64,000 nucleotides of DNA from Carpediemonas membranifera BICM. Its lineage: Eukaryota > Protista > Fornicata. The position numbers were made by a program, and so were the translations under genes. A model generated the notes under the pieces. It worked only from the letters and a program-made list of their open reading frames with translations. It was not told where the DNA came from and searched no databases. The stretch's first letter is position 1, and each line of letters opens with the position of its first letter. The stretch spans positions 665,162 through 729,161 of the forward strand of contig JAHDYR010000064.1 in NCBI GenBank assembly GCA_019828565.1, in the 5' to 3' direction. Below are positions 24,054 through 34,707 of the stretch, piece after piece.

Positions 24054-25186
24054 TGTCATGGGTCTCACCCAAGATTACACAGATTTATATATGATATTAG
24101 TTAGTCAAGGAGTTTCTCCTCGACACCATTGTGTCGAGTCTTCTCCTCTTGTAAACATAGTTCGTCAAACGAACCACAATACTAGTATTCCACGTTTTGA
24201 TGACGCTCTATAACAATATGCCTATGCTAAAGAAGACGACCATTGAGTCGTTAGTCCGATTCGCCGAGGATTTGTCCGAGTACCGAGCCAAAGGCGGTGA
24301 TGCCGACGTTTCCGACATGATTGACACCGAAGTCCAACGGTACGCTGACGCTCTAGGCTTTAACCTCTTCGCCAAGGCCTCTGAAGCCATCCCCTCGGCT
24401 GAGGCCTCTGTCCCCGTGAACGATGAAGGTTCACCAGTAGCCGGAACGCCTAAAGACGACGAGCAACCCCTCCAGCAGTCCCTCATCCTAACCGCAGCTG
24501 TCCGAAAGACGCACAAGCGTAAGCGCAAGGCCAAGCGTCTCGCTAAAGACGACCGCGTCCTCAAGCGGCTCGGTAGAGCACTGCAACCGTCCCGTTTTTC
24601 TGCCCGTCTCGACTTGTTCCGTCTCTCCATCTCGTCCTTTACTCCGCAGGAGGTGGTTCGAGTGAACCGACGGTTCAGAACCCTCCTCTCCCTTATTGAT
24701 CCCGGGGTAGACTCTGAGATCCTCTGCGACACCTACGCGCGTTGCTTTAAGCTACCCGATAATTCGCGCGTTCAGTACAAGGTTAAGGATCTCACCGAAG
24801 GCTTCTCCCTCGAACAGGCTATGCCGCGGGTGATTGATATCGCTCGCGATATCGAGGAATCCCGTGCCATTCTGCGTTCCATCGGAATGACCGACAAGCA
24901 GTCGTCAATCAAGGCTAAGTCGGGCAAACCCCATCGCGGTCTTCACCACGAACCCACCCATCCCGCCCCCAAGCCAATCGCCAAGCCTCATCATCAGGAT
25001 AAGCCAGCCGCAAGAGCCCCGAACCAACGAGGAGAGGGCAAGCGTGAGCTGGTGTGCTACAACTGCGGCGAGACGGGCCACCCATCCTTCAAGTGCCAGC
25101 GGGATCGTGCCACATGCCCGGTTTGCAAGAAGCAGGGTCACCTCGAGAAGTTCTGCCGTTTTAAGTCCCCAGTAAACGGGGCCGTT
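24054..25186 (+). mobile_element. gag: 5' fragment of Gypsy GC: 125-bp LTR (24054-24178) plus gag
   Basis: TG..CA LTR-like segment. ORF 24197-25204 has two CCHC knuckles and is homologous to GF gag. Confidence 0.88.
24178..24189. promoter_or_regulatory. Palindrome AATACTAGTATT at the PBS position of GC
   Basis: Perfect 12-bp palindrome starting at the last base of the inferred LTR; same sequence and register as in GF. Confidence 0.8.
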
Positions 25187-25646
25187 CCGTTCAGCTTTTG
25201 CTGAACACTTCTATCTGCTCTGCCACAGGCCTCACCCCCCAAAGCATGCTTTACGGCGAGCATTTGGACCCGTCCGCCACTAGAGCCCGGCTACTCGCCC
25301 CGACTGACCCTACAGCTTCCGAGACAATCCTATCCTCCCATCGTGAATACCTAGACAACCTCACTAACCACCTGAAGTCCCTTTCCAAGAAGGGGGAGGA
25401 GACGCAACGTAAGGTTGTCGAGAAGCGCTGTGGTCTGTCTTAGGACAAAAGGTTTACAAGACTAAAGCTCGACACTCAAAGTGTCGAGATGGACCAATAA
25501 AGACCCTATTAAATATGGCCTAATGATATATATGGCCGACAGCGCCTTGCCAAAGGAAAGACCGCAGAGACCGAGCTCAAGCCAGGTGACCTAGTCCTCG
25601 TACAGCGCAACAGGACCCCCAAGTTGCACGGTCACCTGGGACCCTA
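25187..25646 (+). repeat. 460-bp duplicate of the GE integrase 3' region, including the solo LTR (25429-25541)
   Basis: Near-identical to 33187-33646. Confidence 0.92.
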
Positions 25647-25680
25647 TGTGGCGTAAACGACGGGTATTCGAGAATTCGTT

Positions 25681-28600
25681 TTAATCAGGTGATGCGTCAC
25701 TGCCATCCCTGAGCAGCTCGGGGTGAGCGGCTAAGAACTTCTTGGCGGCGGGAGTGTGGCGGACGGCGTCGATGGGCTCCCAGGACAGCTCGGAGCTACC
25801 GAGCCACTTGACGCGCAGGAAGCCGGGCTTGGACTTGACGATCCGTTCAACGTACCATTCCTCTTGGTCTGTAGCGGCGAAGTAGGCGAGCTCGCCCTCA
25901 GAGAGGTCGGACTTGAGCGGAATGAGGTGGGACAGGTGGACTGTGCATCGCGGTTCGTTGGCGAGGAGCGGTACGACGACTGCCGTGAACGGGTTGACCT
26001 CAATGACCTTGAACGGTCCGGTGTGGCCGTGGAGCTTGCTTTCAGCGTGGTTCTTGCGCAAGACGTAATCACCGGGCTTGACTGGAACCGACTGCGTCTC
26101 TGCCCTCCCCCTCACGAGTCTTGGACTGGCGTTTGTGAGCCTTGCGGCAGAGCTTGGCCAGGAGCGCGTCCATGACGGTGAGGTATTCGGCGACAGAGGT
26201 AAGCGGGGTCTCGTCCTCGGCGTTGTTGTCTGGCTGGGGTATCTGCCGGTCGGCAGCGTGTGTGCCGTAGAGTAGCTCGAACGGGGTGAACCCCGTCGCG
26301 CTGTGAACCGTGCTGTTGATTATCCACGCGACATATGGCAGTAGGGTCGTGGACCATGCGTCGAAGGAGTTAAATGCCAGCGCTAGGGTACGTAGGTGGC
26401 GCTTGATTTCGCGATTGACGCGTTCGACGTGACCGTTCGACTGCGGATGGAAAGGCGTGGTCCGGTGGTGTGTGACCGATAAGCGCTCGGTTAGAGCGGT
26501 GATGATACGGTTGGCGTATTCCGGGCCTCCGTCTGTGTGCAGGATGGCCGGGATGCCGTGGCGGCAGATAGACGCCCAGATAGCGGCGGCAGCCGCGTCT
26601 GCATTGTTCGAGGGGGCTGGCACGAGCTCAGTAAAGTGCGTGAATGTGTCAGTAATCACGACGACATACCGGTTGCCGGCCGAGTCCTCTGAGATGGGGC
26701 CGAGCGTGTCGTCGGCTACGCGTTCGAATGGTGTGCTGCTCGGGGTCGCGCCCATCTTCAGCTTGATGAAGTTCGCCAGACGGGTCTTCTGACAGATCAA
26801 ACAGGCGTTGATCAGGTCGGATACGGTGTGTTCGAGCTGTGGCCAGTCGTAACCCAAGTCACGCACGGCCTGAGCGGTCTTCTTGACGCCCAAGTGCAGC
26901 CGGTGGGCCTCGGCTAGGACGTCGCGACGCGCGTCGGCGGGTACGAATGTGCGACCGTGATACTTGACGACACCGTTGACGATGGTGTGCTTGGAGGGTC
27001 TCTCGTCAGCGTGCTCCTTCTGAGAGGCGAGCACTCTCGACTCTAGCGTGTTAGCCGTGACCTCGGCGATCTCTGCGGGGCGGGTCTGGAAAGGGAAACG
27101 GCTTAAGAAGTCGGCCGTGACGTTGGACTCGCCCGGGACGTGGTGGATCTTGAGTCTGAACTCCAAGAACGACAGTAGCCATCGGCGATGCTTCCGATTG
27201 TGAGCGGCCATGCGGTGGAGTGCCATCAGATTCTTATGGTCGGTGAACACGGTCAGATCGGGGTGGCCCAGGAAGAGAGAGTACATGTCAGGACGTGTCA
27301 GACAGTATATCAGAGCATACATCTCCTGGTCGTAGGTGCTCCATCTTTGTTGAACGTCCGAGAACGCCTTGGAGAAGTAGGCGACGACTCTCCAGTCTGT
27401 GGGCGTTTGCTGTTGTAGGAGTATGCCGCCTAGGCCGAGGAGACTAGCGTCCGTCTCGAGGCGCCAGGGTTTGGAGAGGTCTGGTATGGCGAGTGACTCC
27501 TCAGAGGCGAGCTGTGTCAGAACAGCCGCGATAGCCTCTTGGTGTGCTGAAGTCCACACGACCTTGGCGTCCTTGCGGAGGAGGCCATTGATGGGCGCTA
27601 GGATGCGCTGGCAGTCAGGGATAAAATCTGACACGTAGTTGATGTGGCCGAGGATCTGACGTACCTCGTGCGTGGTCGTCGGGCGTGGGAGGCTCTTGAT
27701 CGTGTCAATGCGTGAGGGCTGAGGGCGACGACCGTGTTCGGAGACGATCTCGCCGAGACAGTCGAGAGTCTGGTAGCCAAAATGACACTTCTCGGCGCGC
27801 AGCCTGATGTTCTTGTCACTGAGTAGAGCGAGCGTGCGCTGGGTGCGCATGACGAGTACCTCGGGCGATGGCGCGCCAGCAAAGATGTCGTCTATGTAGT
27901 TCCTGACGCCCTCTGAGTATACCGGGCGCAGGACGTTGGCGATGGCCCGCTGGAATTGTGCGGGGAGGTTCTTTAGGCCAAACGGGGCGACCATATATTC
28001 GAAAAACTCGCCCGGGACCCTCACCGCGGACAGGTAACGGTGGGCATCCTTCAATGGCATCTGGTGAAACCCTTGGCGAAGGTCTAGACCGAAGAAGTAC
28101 TTGCTGCCGACGAGGTCCTGGATGAGCGTGCGGGTATCTGTCATGGGGAAAGCGTCAGTCACAGTTGCCTCGTTGAGGGCCCTGTAGTCTGCGCAAAGTC
28201 GTAGTGGGCGGCGTCCGTCCGCGTCGGGCTTCTTCTGGACAATCACAGCCGGGCTAGAGACTGGGCCGTGTGCGTCGCGGATGAGCTGGGCTTCGTACAT
28301 TTCATGGAGCTGTCGCTTGATCTCGGGAAGCCAGTCGGCGCGGATGCCGCGTGGGTTGGCTTGTGGCAGAATGGCGTCCGGCTTCAGGTCAATGGTGGCT
28401 TCCGCGATGTCGGCGCCGCCGAGAGGCAGCTTGGGGTCGAAGACGTCGGCGTTGGCCTGGAGCACAGCGAGTAGCTCGTCGTGTAGAGGGAACGAGGGGT
28501 CAATGTCGAAGGTTGGCGTGGCGAAGGACGAGACGTCGTCCGGCAGGTCGTCAGTCTCCGAGTCAACCTCGTCGATGTATTGATTCTGGGCCGGTGTGAC

Positions 28601-30510
28601 ATCGTCGGCGGGGTCCTCCGCTGACGGTGGTAGCTGAATGTTGATGCCCGTGTCCGACATGAGGCCTAGGTGCCGGAGGAGGTCTGCCCCGAACAGGAAC
28701 TTGTGGGCCTCCCCGGAGATGACTGGTACGGTCCACGTCAGCTCGACAGCGTTTGGTACGATGCCGTCGATAACGAGCTCGGCTATGACGGCGGTGGTGT
28801 CCTCGCAAGGTCGCTGGTCGGCCATCTTCAGCGTGTAAGCATGATTTGTGATCATTACCGGGCCGGCCTCCTTCAGCGTGGCGAACGTGGCCTCCGAGAT
28901 ACAGGTCTTGGCGGCTGCCGGGGCGAGCTTCGCCCGCAGTCTCGTGCCGTTGACGAGGATGTCGTGGTAGATCGGCTTACCGATGTTTTCGCGCTGCGCT
29001 GACGTGTCGACTTCGTCGATTGACTCATCGGTGTCGGACTCGGCGTCTATGTCGACCTCGTTGATGGATTGACTGAGGCGCTCGAGCCGGTTCGTCTCCT
29101 TGTTTCGCTTCCAGCCTGCCGCTGGGTTAGGGGCTCTCGCGTTGCGTTTGGGCGCTTGGGTGGTCGTTGTTGCAGGTCGGTCAGGGTTGTTGTGGTGGCC
29201 AGGGGCCTTCTTGGGCTTGGCACCCACAACAGCTGGTTGAATAGGACGCGATGGTTGGGGGGCGGCACTGCGCTGTGTCTTCAGATGAGGGCACGCCTGA
29301 GTGACGTGGGACGAGTTGTATCCGTGGTAGTCGCAGAAGTGGCGGAAGGTGGGGTTGATGTAGTAGTTCGCCTTGTCTTTCAGCTGGACATACGGGTCTG
29401 GGCGGCTGATCTTGCGGGCTATGGGTTTGCGTGTGCGGGATCCGCCTGTCGCTTGCTCACCGTGGGGTTGCGGGGGCTGGCCGGTGCGGAATGCTCTCCA
29501 AGGAACGACGATGTAACCGTCGTGGTCCTCTTTGAGGTCCCTAAGGTTATCAAGGACGTCATCGATGTCCTCTGCATCATCTATGATGTAGGAGTCGAAA
29601 TAGTCCTTTGCTTCGGCGGAGAATCCCTTAAGTGCAAGCTCTCTGACTCTTGCGGCGAGAACCTTCCAAGGAATGGCTTGCAATGCAGGAGCAGAAGCAT
29701 CAGTGTTCACGAGATCGATGAACTCGCGCAAAGCGGCAATAGTTGAGCGATGTTTGGATGCTTTGCCATAGAGTGCACCGGGAAGGTTGATGGACTTGAT
29801 GCGCGCGCCGACGTCCAGGGACGGCATGAGTGTGACGGAGCAGGCGGCTACGATGTCGTCGGCCTCGTCATGGAGGTAGGCGCGAATGTCGGTGACGTCG
29901 TCCCAGTCGGACTCGTCACTGGACGTGTCGGAGTTGTTGGTGGCGGCAGCCTCGTCATCGGCCGGCTTGGGTGGGGCCAGGGCTGCGTTGACCTCGGCGA
30001 CGTACTCGTCGTCGCGGAGGGGACATCTGGGTTGAACTTGTTGATGAGGGGCACATAAACCGGGGCGTTGTGGTCGATCTCGGCTACTGCAGCCGTGAAT
30101 ACGGCTTCTGCGCGGCGCTGTGCAGCCGCGGCCATCGGGCCTTCAGGAAAGGCCGCGGCCGCCGCTTCAGCGAGCATAAACAGGTCTTCTTCGAGAGCGG
30201 CGGTTAGACGGGCTACTGCCTGCTTGGGGGGTGGCGTGGAGGTGCTTGGGGGCGTGATGGGAAGTGAGAGCTTCATCTCGCGCCTAATGGCGCTGCGGAT
30301 TACCGCATCGGGACATACATCGTCTTCTAGGTCCTCGAAGGTCTTATAATCAGAGGTGGGTCTCCAATTGGCCCGTAAGAACTCCTGCGAGCTGATGCTT
30401 AGGCATCTGAGGAACGATGTAGGAAATCTTGCATGAGGAAGTTCCCGCTTGTATTCCTTCGCGGCGGAGTTGAGCAGTGGAAGGGAACTTACGTCGAATT
30501 TCGTAGCCAT
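25681..30510 (-). CDS. gag-pol: GD gag-pol (two frameshifts)
   Basis: Motifs: CDYHGYNSSHVTQAC, LCADYR, APFGLKN, YIDD, ETDAS, TDGGPEY, EEWYVERI...KWLG. Confidence 0.9.
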
Positions 30511-30514
30511 AGGG

Positions 30515-30528
30515 AGTGATTAATCACT
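30515..30528. promoter_or_regulatory. Palindrome AGTGATTAATCACT at the PBS position of GD
   Basis: Perfect 14-bp palindrome overlapping the last base of the 5' LTR. Confidence 0.85.
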
Positions 30529-30580
30529 GTGGCGTAAACGACGGGTATTCGAGAATTCGTTTTAATCAGGTGATGCGTCA

Positions 30581-30873
30581 GTCGAGGTCCCAAGCGGGGA
30601 AGTGGTCTGCGAATGGCCTCGTCGGGCATGAGTGTAACAGAGCTTCCCACTGTTCGAGCTCGGCTCTGTCTGCCGGCTGGAGGGCAAGCTCGTATGATGG
30701 ACGGAGTGCTTGCAGCCGACGCAGCTTGTGGACGAGCATCGACGTGTAGGTGAAGAAGCCCAGGCGGCCTATCACCGACGCCCAGTCCTGAGCCGTGATC
30801 TTGTTGGAGGATAAGGCGGTCCTGATGGTGTCGCGGTACTTCTCTGCCTTGTCTTTGGGAAGGATAATGGTCA
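30581..30873 (-). mobile_element. DIRS/PAT-like RT thumb/linker fragment
   Basis: LPKDKAEKY...SVIGRLGF...EQW resembles the same region of the other YR retroelements here. Confidence 0.7.
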
Positions 30874-31206
30874 TGTGGCGTAAACGACGGGTATTCGAGA
30901 ATTCGTTTTAATCAGGTGATGCGTCACTGCCATCCCTGAGCAGCTCGGGGTGAGCGGCTAAGAACTTCTTGGCGGCGGGAGTGTGGCGGACGGCGTCGAT
31001 GGGCTCCCAGGACAGCTCGGAGCTACCGAGCCACTTGACGCGCAGGAAGCCGGGCTTGGACTTGACGATCCGTTCAACGTACCATTCCTCTTGGTCTGTA
31101 GCGGCGAAGTAGGCGAGCTCGCCCTCAGAGAGGTCGGACTTGAGCGGAATGAGGTGGGACAGGTGGACTGTGCATCGCGGTTCGTTGGCGAGGAGCGGTA
31201 CGACGA
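30874..31206 (-). mobile_element. Second GD 3' end (53-bp LTR 30874-30926 plus chromodomain)
   Basis: Matches 25647-25979. Confidence 0.92.
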
Positions 31207-34047
31207 TCATGTCTCAGACTTACGCGACAAGGGCATCACCGAGGCCAACACCGGCCCATATGCCAGTCCAGTAGTCCTCGTGCGAAAGGGGGACGCTTGG
31301 CGGCTTTGCATCGACTATGTCCTACTCAACAGCCACACCACCCGTGATCGACACCCCCTCCCCAACATGCGCGAGTTCCTTCGCCGAGCAAGTGGGTGCG
31401 ACCGATTTGCCGCCCTGGACCTGACCTCAGGCTATTGGCAGGTGCCTATGGCTGACGAGGACAAGGAGAAGACCGCGTTCATCGCCCCTGGCGTGCATGA
31501 ACAGTTCACCAGGATGCCTTTTGGGCTTGCCAATGCCCCGTCGCATTTCCAGCGAGGTATCGAGACTATCCTCGGGCCCATCCTCCATAAGGGGGTTGAC
31601 CCGTACATCGATGACCTCTTCATGTACTCCTCCGAGGAACTTTTCCTCAAGCTTCTCGATGACACCCTCACTCGCCTGGAAGAAGCCAACGTCCGCCTAG
31701 GCGCAAAGAAGTGCCGAATAGGCTATTCCGAGGCCCCCATAGTTGGTTTCATTGTCGACAAGGCTGGAGTTCACGTAGACCCTGAGCGCACCCGCGCCCT
31801 ACGAGAGCTTCCCCTCCCCACTGATGTCCACGGGCTCAGGACCGTGCTCGGCAAGTTCCAGTTCTTAGCCTCATTCATCTCAGAGAAACGCCATGAGCTG
31901 TTCAAGCCCCTTACCGCTCTCCTAGAGAAGGACGCCGTCTTCAGCTTCGGCCCAGCCGAGACTGAGGCTTTCAACACCCTTAAGTCCCTCTTCACCGATG
32001 ACCTCTTCATCGCTCACCCAGACTTGTCCCTTCCTTGGACCCTCGAGACCGACGCTTCCAATGTCGGAGCCGGAGGTGTACTCTACCAGACTCCCAACGA
32101 CAACTCGGGCAGACAAGTGCTGGCCTATTTCTCTCATACGTTCACCCCCACCCAGACCAGATGGGCTACCTGCGAACAGGAACTTTTCGCCATCGTATAC
32201 GCCTTCACGCACCCCTCCCTCACCCACCTTCTGCGCGTGAAGCATGTAACCCTCAGAACAGACCACCGTAATCTGATCTACATGATCTACAAGTCCGCGA
32301 CGAACGACAAGATCCTCCGCTGGCGTCTGACGCTAGCCGACTTCAACTTTGAAATCACACACGTTCCCGGGAAGGATAACGTCATAGCTGATTCGCTCAG
32401 CCGGTATGGCCACGGCCAGACTACAGCCCAACCCGTCGCCGCCATATCTGTCGATGCCCGGTTCAAGGACAGACTGGCACACTTCCAAGGAGAGGACCCG
32501 GAGATCAGCGAGCTGCCGGTAGACGCTGATGGTCTCCGACGCCGGAACGGAGCCTGCATGATCCCGACCTGTGATCAAACGAAGGGCTTACGCCAAGAGC
32601 TTATTGCCATCGCTCACCGTGGCCACCACGGAGCTAGAGCCACGTACACCCGCCTCCGCGATGACGGCTACACCTGGGTCAGCGCGACTCAAGAGATCGC
32701 CGCCTACGTCCACTCCCTGTCCGATCTGTCTCAAGGCTAGACTCTCTGAGTTCGCTCAGTCAAGCCTAGGGACCACGGCCGTGTATAAGCCTTTCCACAC
32801 GGTCGCCATTGACACCATAGGCCCCATCCCCGCAGACATGTTCGGCCGCAAGTACATCTTCGTCCTTGTTGATATGTTCACCAGGTACACGGAGTTATAT
32901 GCCAGCGATGAGAACACTGCCGATGCCGCTGCCTCTGCCATCTGGCAACAACTTGTCTGCCGTCATGGCATCCCTGCCGCCATTAAGGCTGACAACGGGC
33001 CGGAGTACACTGGTGCCGTGATCAAGGCCCTCCTGTCTGATGCCGAGATCACCGAACAACACACTCTCCCGTATCATCCCCAGTCCAACGGCGTTGTTGA
33101 ACGCCGTAACGCCGAAGTGATGAAGCACCTCCGCTGCCTCACGCTCAACTTTAACAAGTTTGACGAGTGGAGCAGGCTTCTCCCTGCCGTTCAGCTTTTG
33201 CTGAACACTTCTATCTGCTCTGCCACAGGCCTCACCCCCCAAAGCATGCTTTACGGCGAGCATTTGGACCCGTCCGCTACTAGAGCCCGGCTACTCGCCC
33301 CGACTGACCCTACAGCTTCCGAGACAATCCTATCCTCCCATCGTGAATACCTAGACAACCTCACTAACCACCTGAAGTCCCTTTCCAAGAAGGGGGAGGA
33401 GACGCAACGTAAGGTTGTCGAGAAGCGCTGTGGTCTGTCTTAGGACAAAAGGTTTACAAGACTAAAGCTCGACACTCAAAGTGTCGAGATGGACCAATAA
33501 AGACCCTATTAAATATGGCCTAATGATATATATGGCCGACAGCGCCTTGCCAAAGGAAAGACCGCAGAGACCGAGCTCAAGCCAGGTGACCTAGTCCTCG
33601 TACAGCGCAACAGGACCCCCAAGTTGCACGGTCACCTGGGACCCTACAAGATCCTCGAGATCCTCGACCACAAGGCCGTCGTTATCGCCGACATCATCAC
33701 GAACACCACCACAACCGTCCACCGGGATCACCTGCTCCCGTTCCACGTGAACTACCACTTCAACAAGCTCCGCCAGCTAGCTTCCTCAGACGAGGAGACT
33801 TTTATCGTTGAGAAGATCCTCAAGCACCGCGTCAAGGACGACATCCTCGAACTGAAGGTGAAGTGGGAAGGCTACGACGAACCCACCTATGAGCCGGCGA
33901 CTGCACTCTCCGGAGTCTCGCTCGCTCGTGCTTACCTTAGAGCCAATAAGCTTCGGCTTAGGGGGGCAAGATGTCACAGCATCTCCCTCACTCCCAGTGC
34001 ACTTTAAGGTAAATGGATTTCCCCGTTTTCTGCTGCCATCCGGCACA
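31207..34047 (+). mobile_element. pol: 5'-truncated Gypsy chromovirus GE (RT-RH-IN-chromodomain, probable 76-bp 3' LTR 33972-34047)
   Basis: ORFs 30983-32740 (YIDD, ETDAS), 32571-33443 (IN core) and 33624-34007 (GPY motif, chromodomain). PPT aggggggcaaga is followed by TG. The LTR end is inferred from ggcaca and the switch to YR-element sequence. Confidence 0.9.
33429..33541 (-). mobile_element. Solo LTR (113 bp) related to the GC/GF LTRs, inserted in the GE integrase
   Basis: TG..CA ends and GCGC TSD. It shares the ctcgacac..gtgtcgag hairpin with the GC LTR and the gacagaccaca end with the GF LTR. Confidence 0.88.
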
Positions 34048-34468
34048 GAGGACACAATACGGATCGAGTCCACAGCCCTGACGTCCATACCCTACACATT
34101 AGTCGACAGGGAGGCCATCACAGAGAACATGAGGTCACTAGTCACGCAGACGACCACATGATCCGTCGCCCGACCGGCCCACGGAGAGCTACGCCCAGGA
34201 GGGCAAGTCGGACCCACACGCGACAAGGCCGCAGAGCCTGCCCCATGGAGAGGCAAACCCCAGCAGACATCAGAGCTCCGCTGGGTGGCGTGAAGCCACG
34301 TAAGTTAAAGTAATATGGTCTCTCGGCGGCGTCCGGGAAGGCCCCGTTCAGGTTTGGCTAGTCAGCCTAGGCGTCTGCTGGGTCAGACTTTAGGTCGACT
34401 AGCTCGCCCTTGTGTTGTTTGGTTCCACAGAGGACCAAGCATTTGCATTGCGGTCATCCTCTGTGGTA
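34048..34468 (+). mobile_element. 3' end of a YR retrotransposon abutting tRNA-Glu
   Basis: EDTIRIESTAL resembles the YR C-termini EDVLRLDYSTS and EEAIRISQHAL. The hairpin-rich tail ends in a duplicate of the first 12 nt of the tRNA. Confidence 0.55.
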
Positions 34469-34541
34469 TCCTCTGTGGTATAGATGGTTAGAACATGTGG
34501 TTTTCACCCACAAGACCCGGGTTCGAGTCCCGGCAGAGGAG
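34469..34541 (+). tRNA. tRNA-Glu: tRNA-Glu(TTC)
   Basis: Acceptor stem tcctctg/cagagga, anticodon arm tgtgg-ttTTCac-ccaca, T arm ccggg-ttcgagt-cccgg. Confidence 0.95.
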
Positions 34542-34593
34542 TATTAGCAACTCATTACATCAGACCAGCGTTGACGAATACGAAAGACAACAT

Positions 34594-34666
34594 TGCTGCT
34601 TGCCGGGTTCGAACCAGCGACCTTATGATCTTCAGTCATACGCTCTCCCAACTGAGCTAAAGCAGC
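34594..34666 (-). tRNA. tRNA-Phe: tRNA-Phe(GAA)
   Basis: gctgctttagctcagttgggagagcgtatgactGAAgatcataaggtcgctggttcgaacccggcaagcagca folds as a canonical cloverleaf. Confidence 0.95.
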
Positions 34667-34707
34667 TGGAGACGTCAGCTCCGGCGTGAGATAATGGAGC
34701 ATGGGCG

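Larger units (their letters stand above)
25647..30580 (-). mobile_element. Gypsy chromovirus GD with 53-bp LTRs, no matching TSD
   Basis: Identical LTRs at 25647-25699 and 30528-30580. ORFs: gag 29848-30510, gag-PR-RT(YIDD)-RH-IN 26069-29827, chromodomain 25681-26115. Flanks ccta vs gtcg differ, and the protease DTG motif reads APA. Confidence 0.94.
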
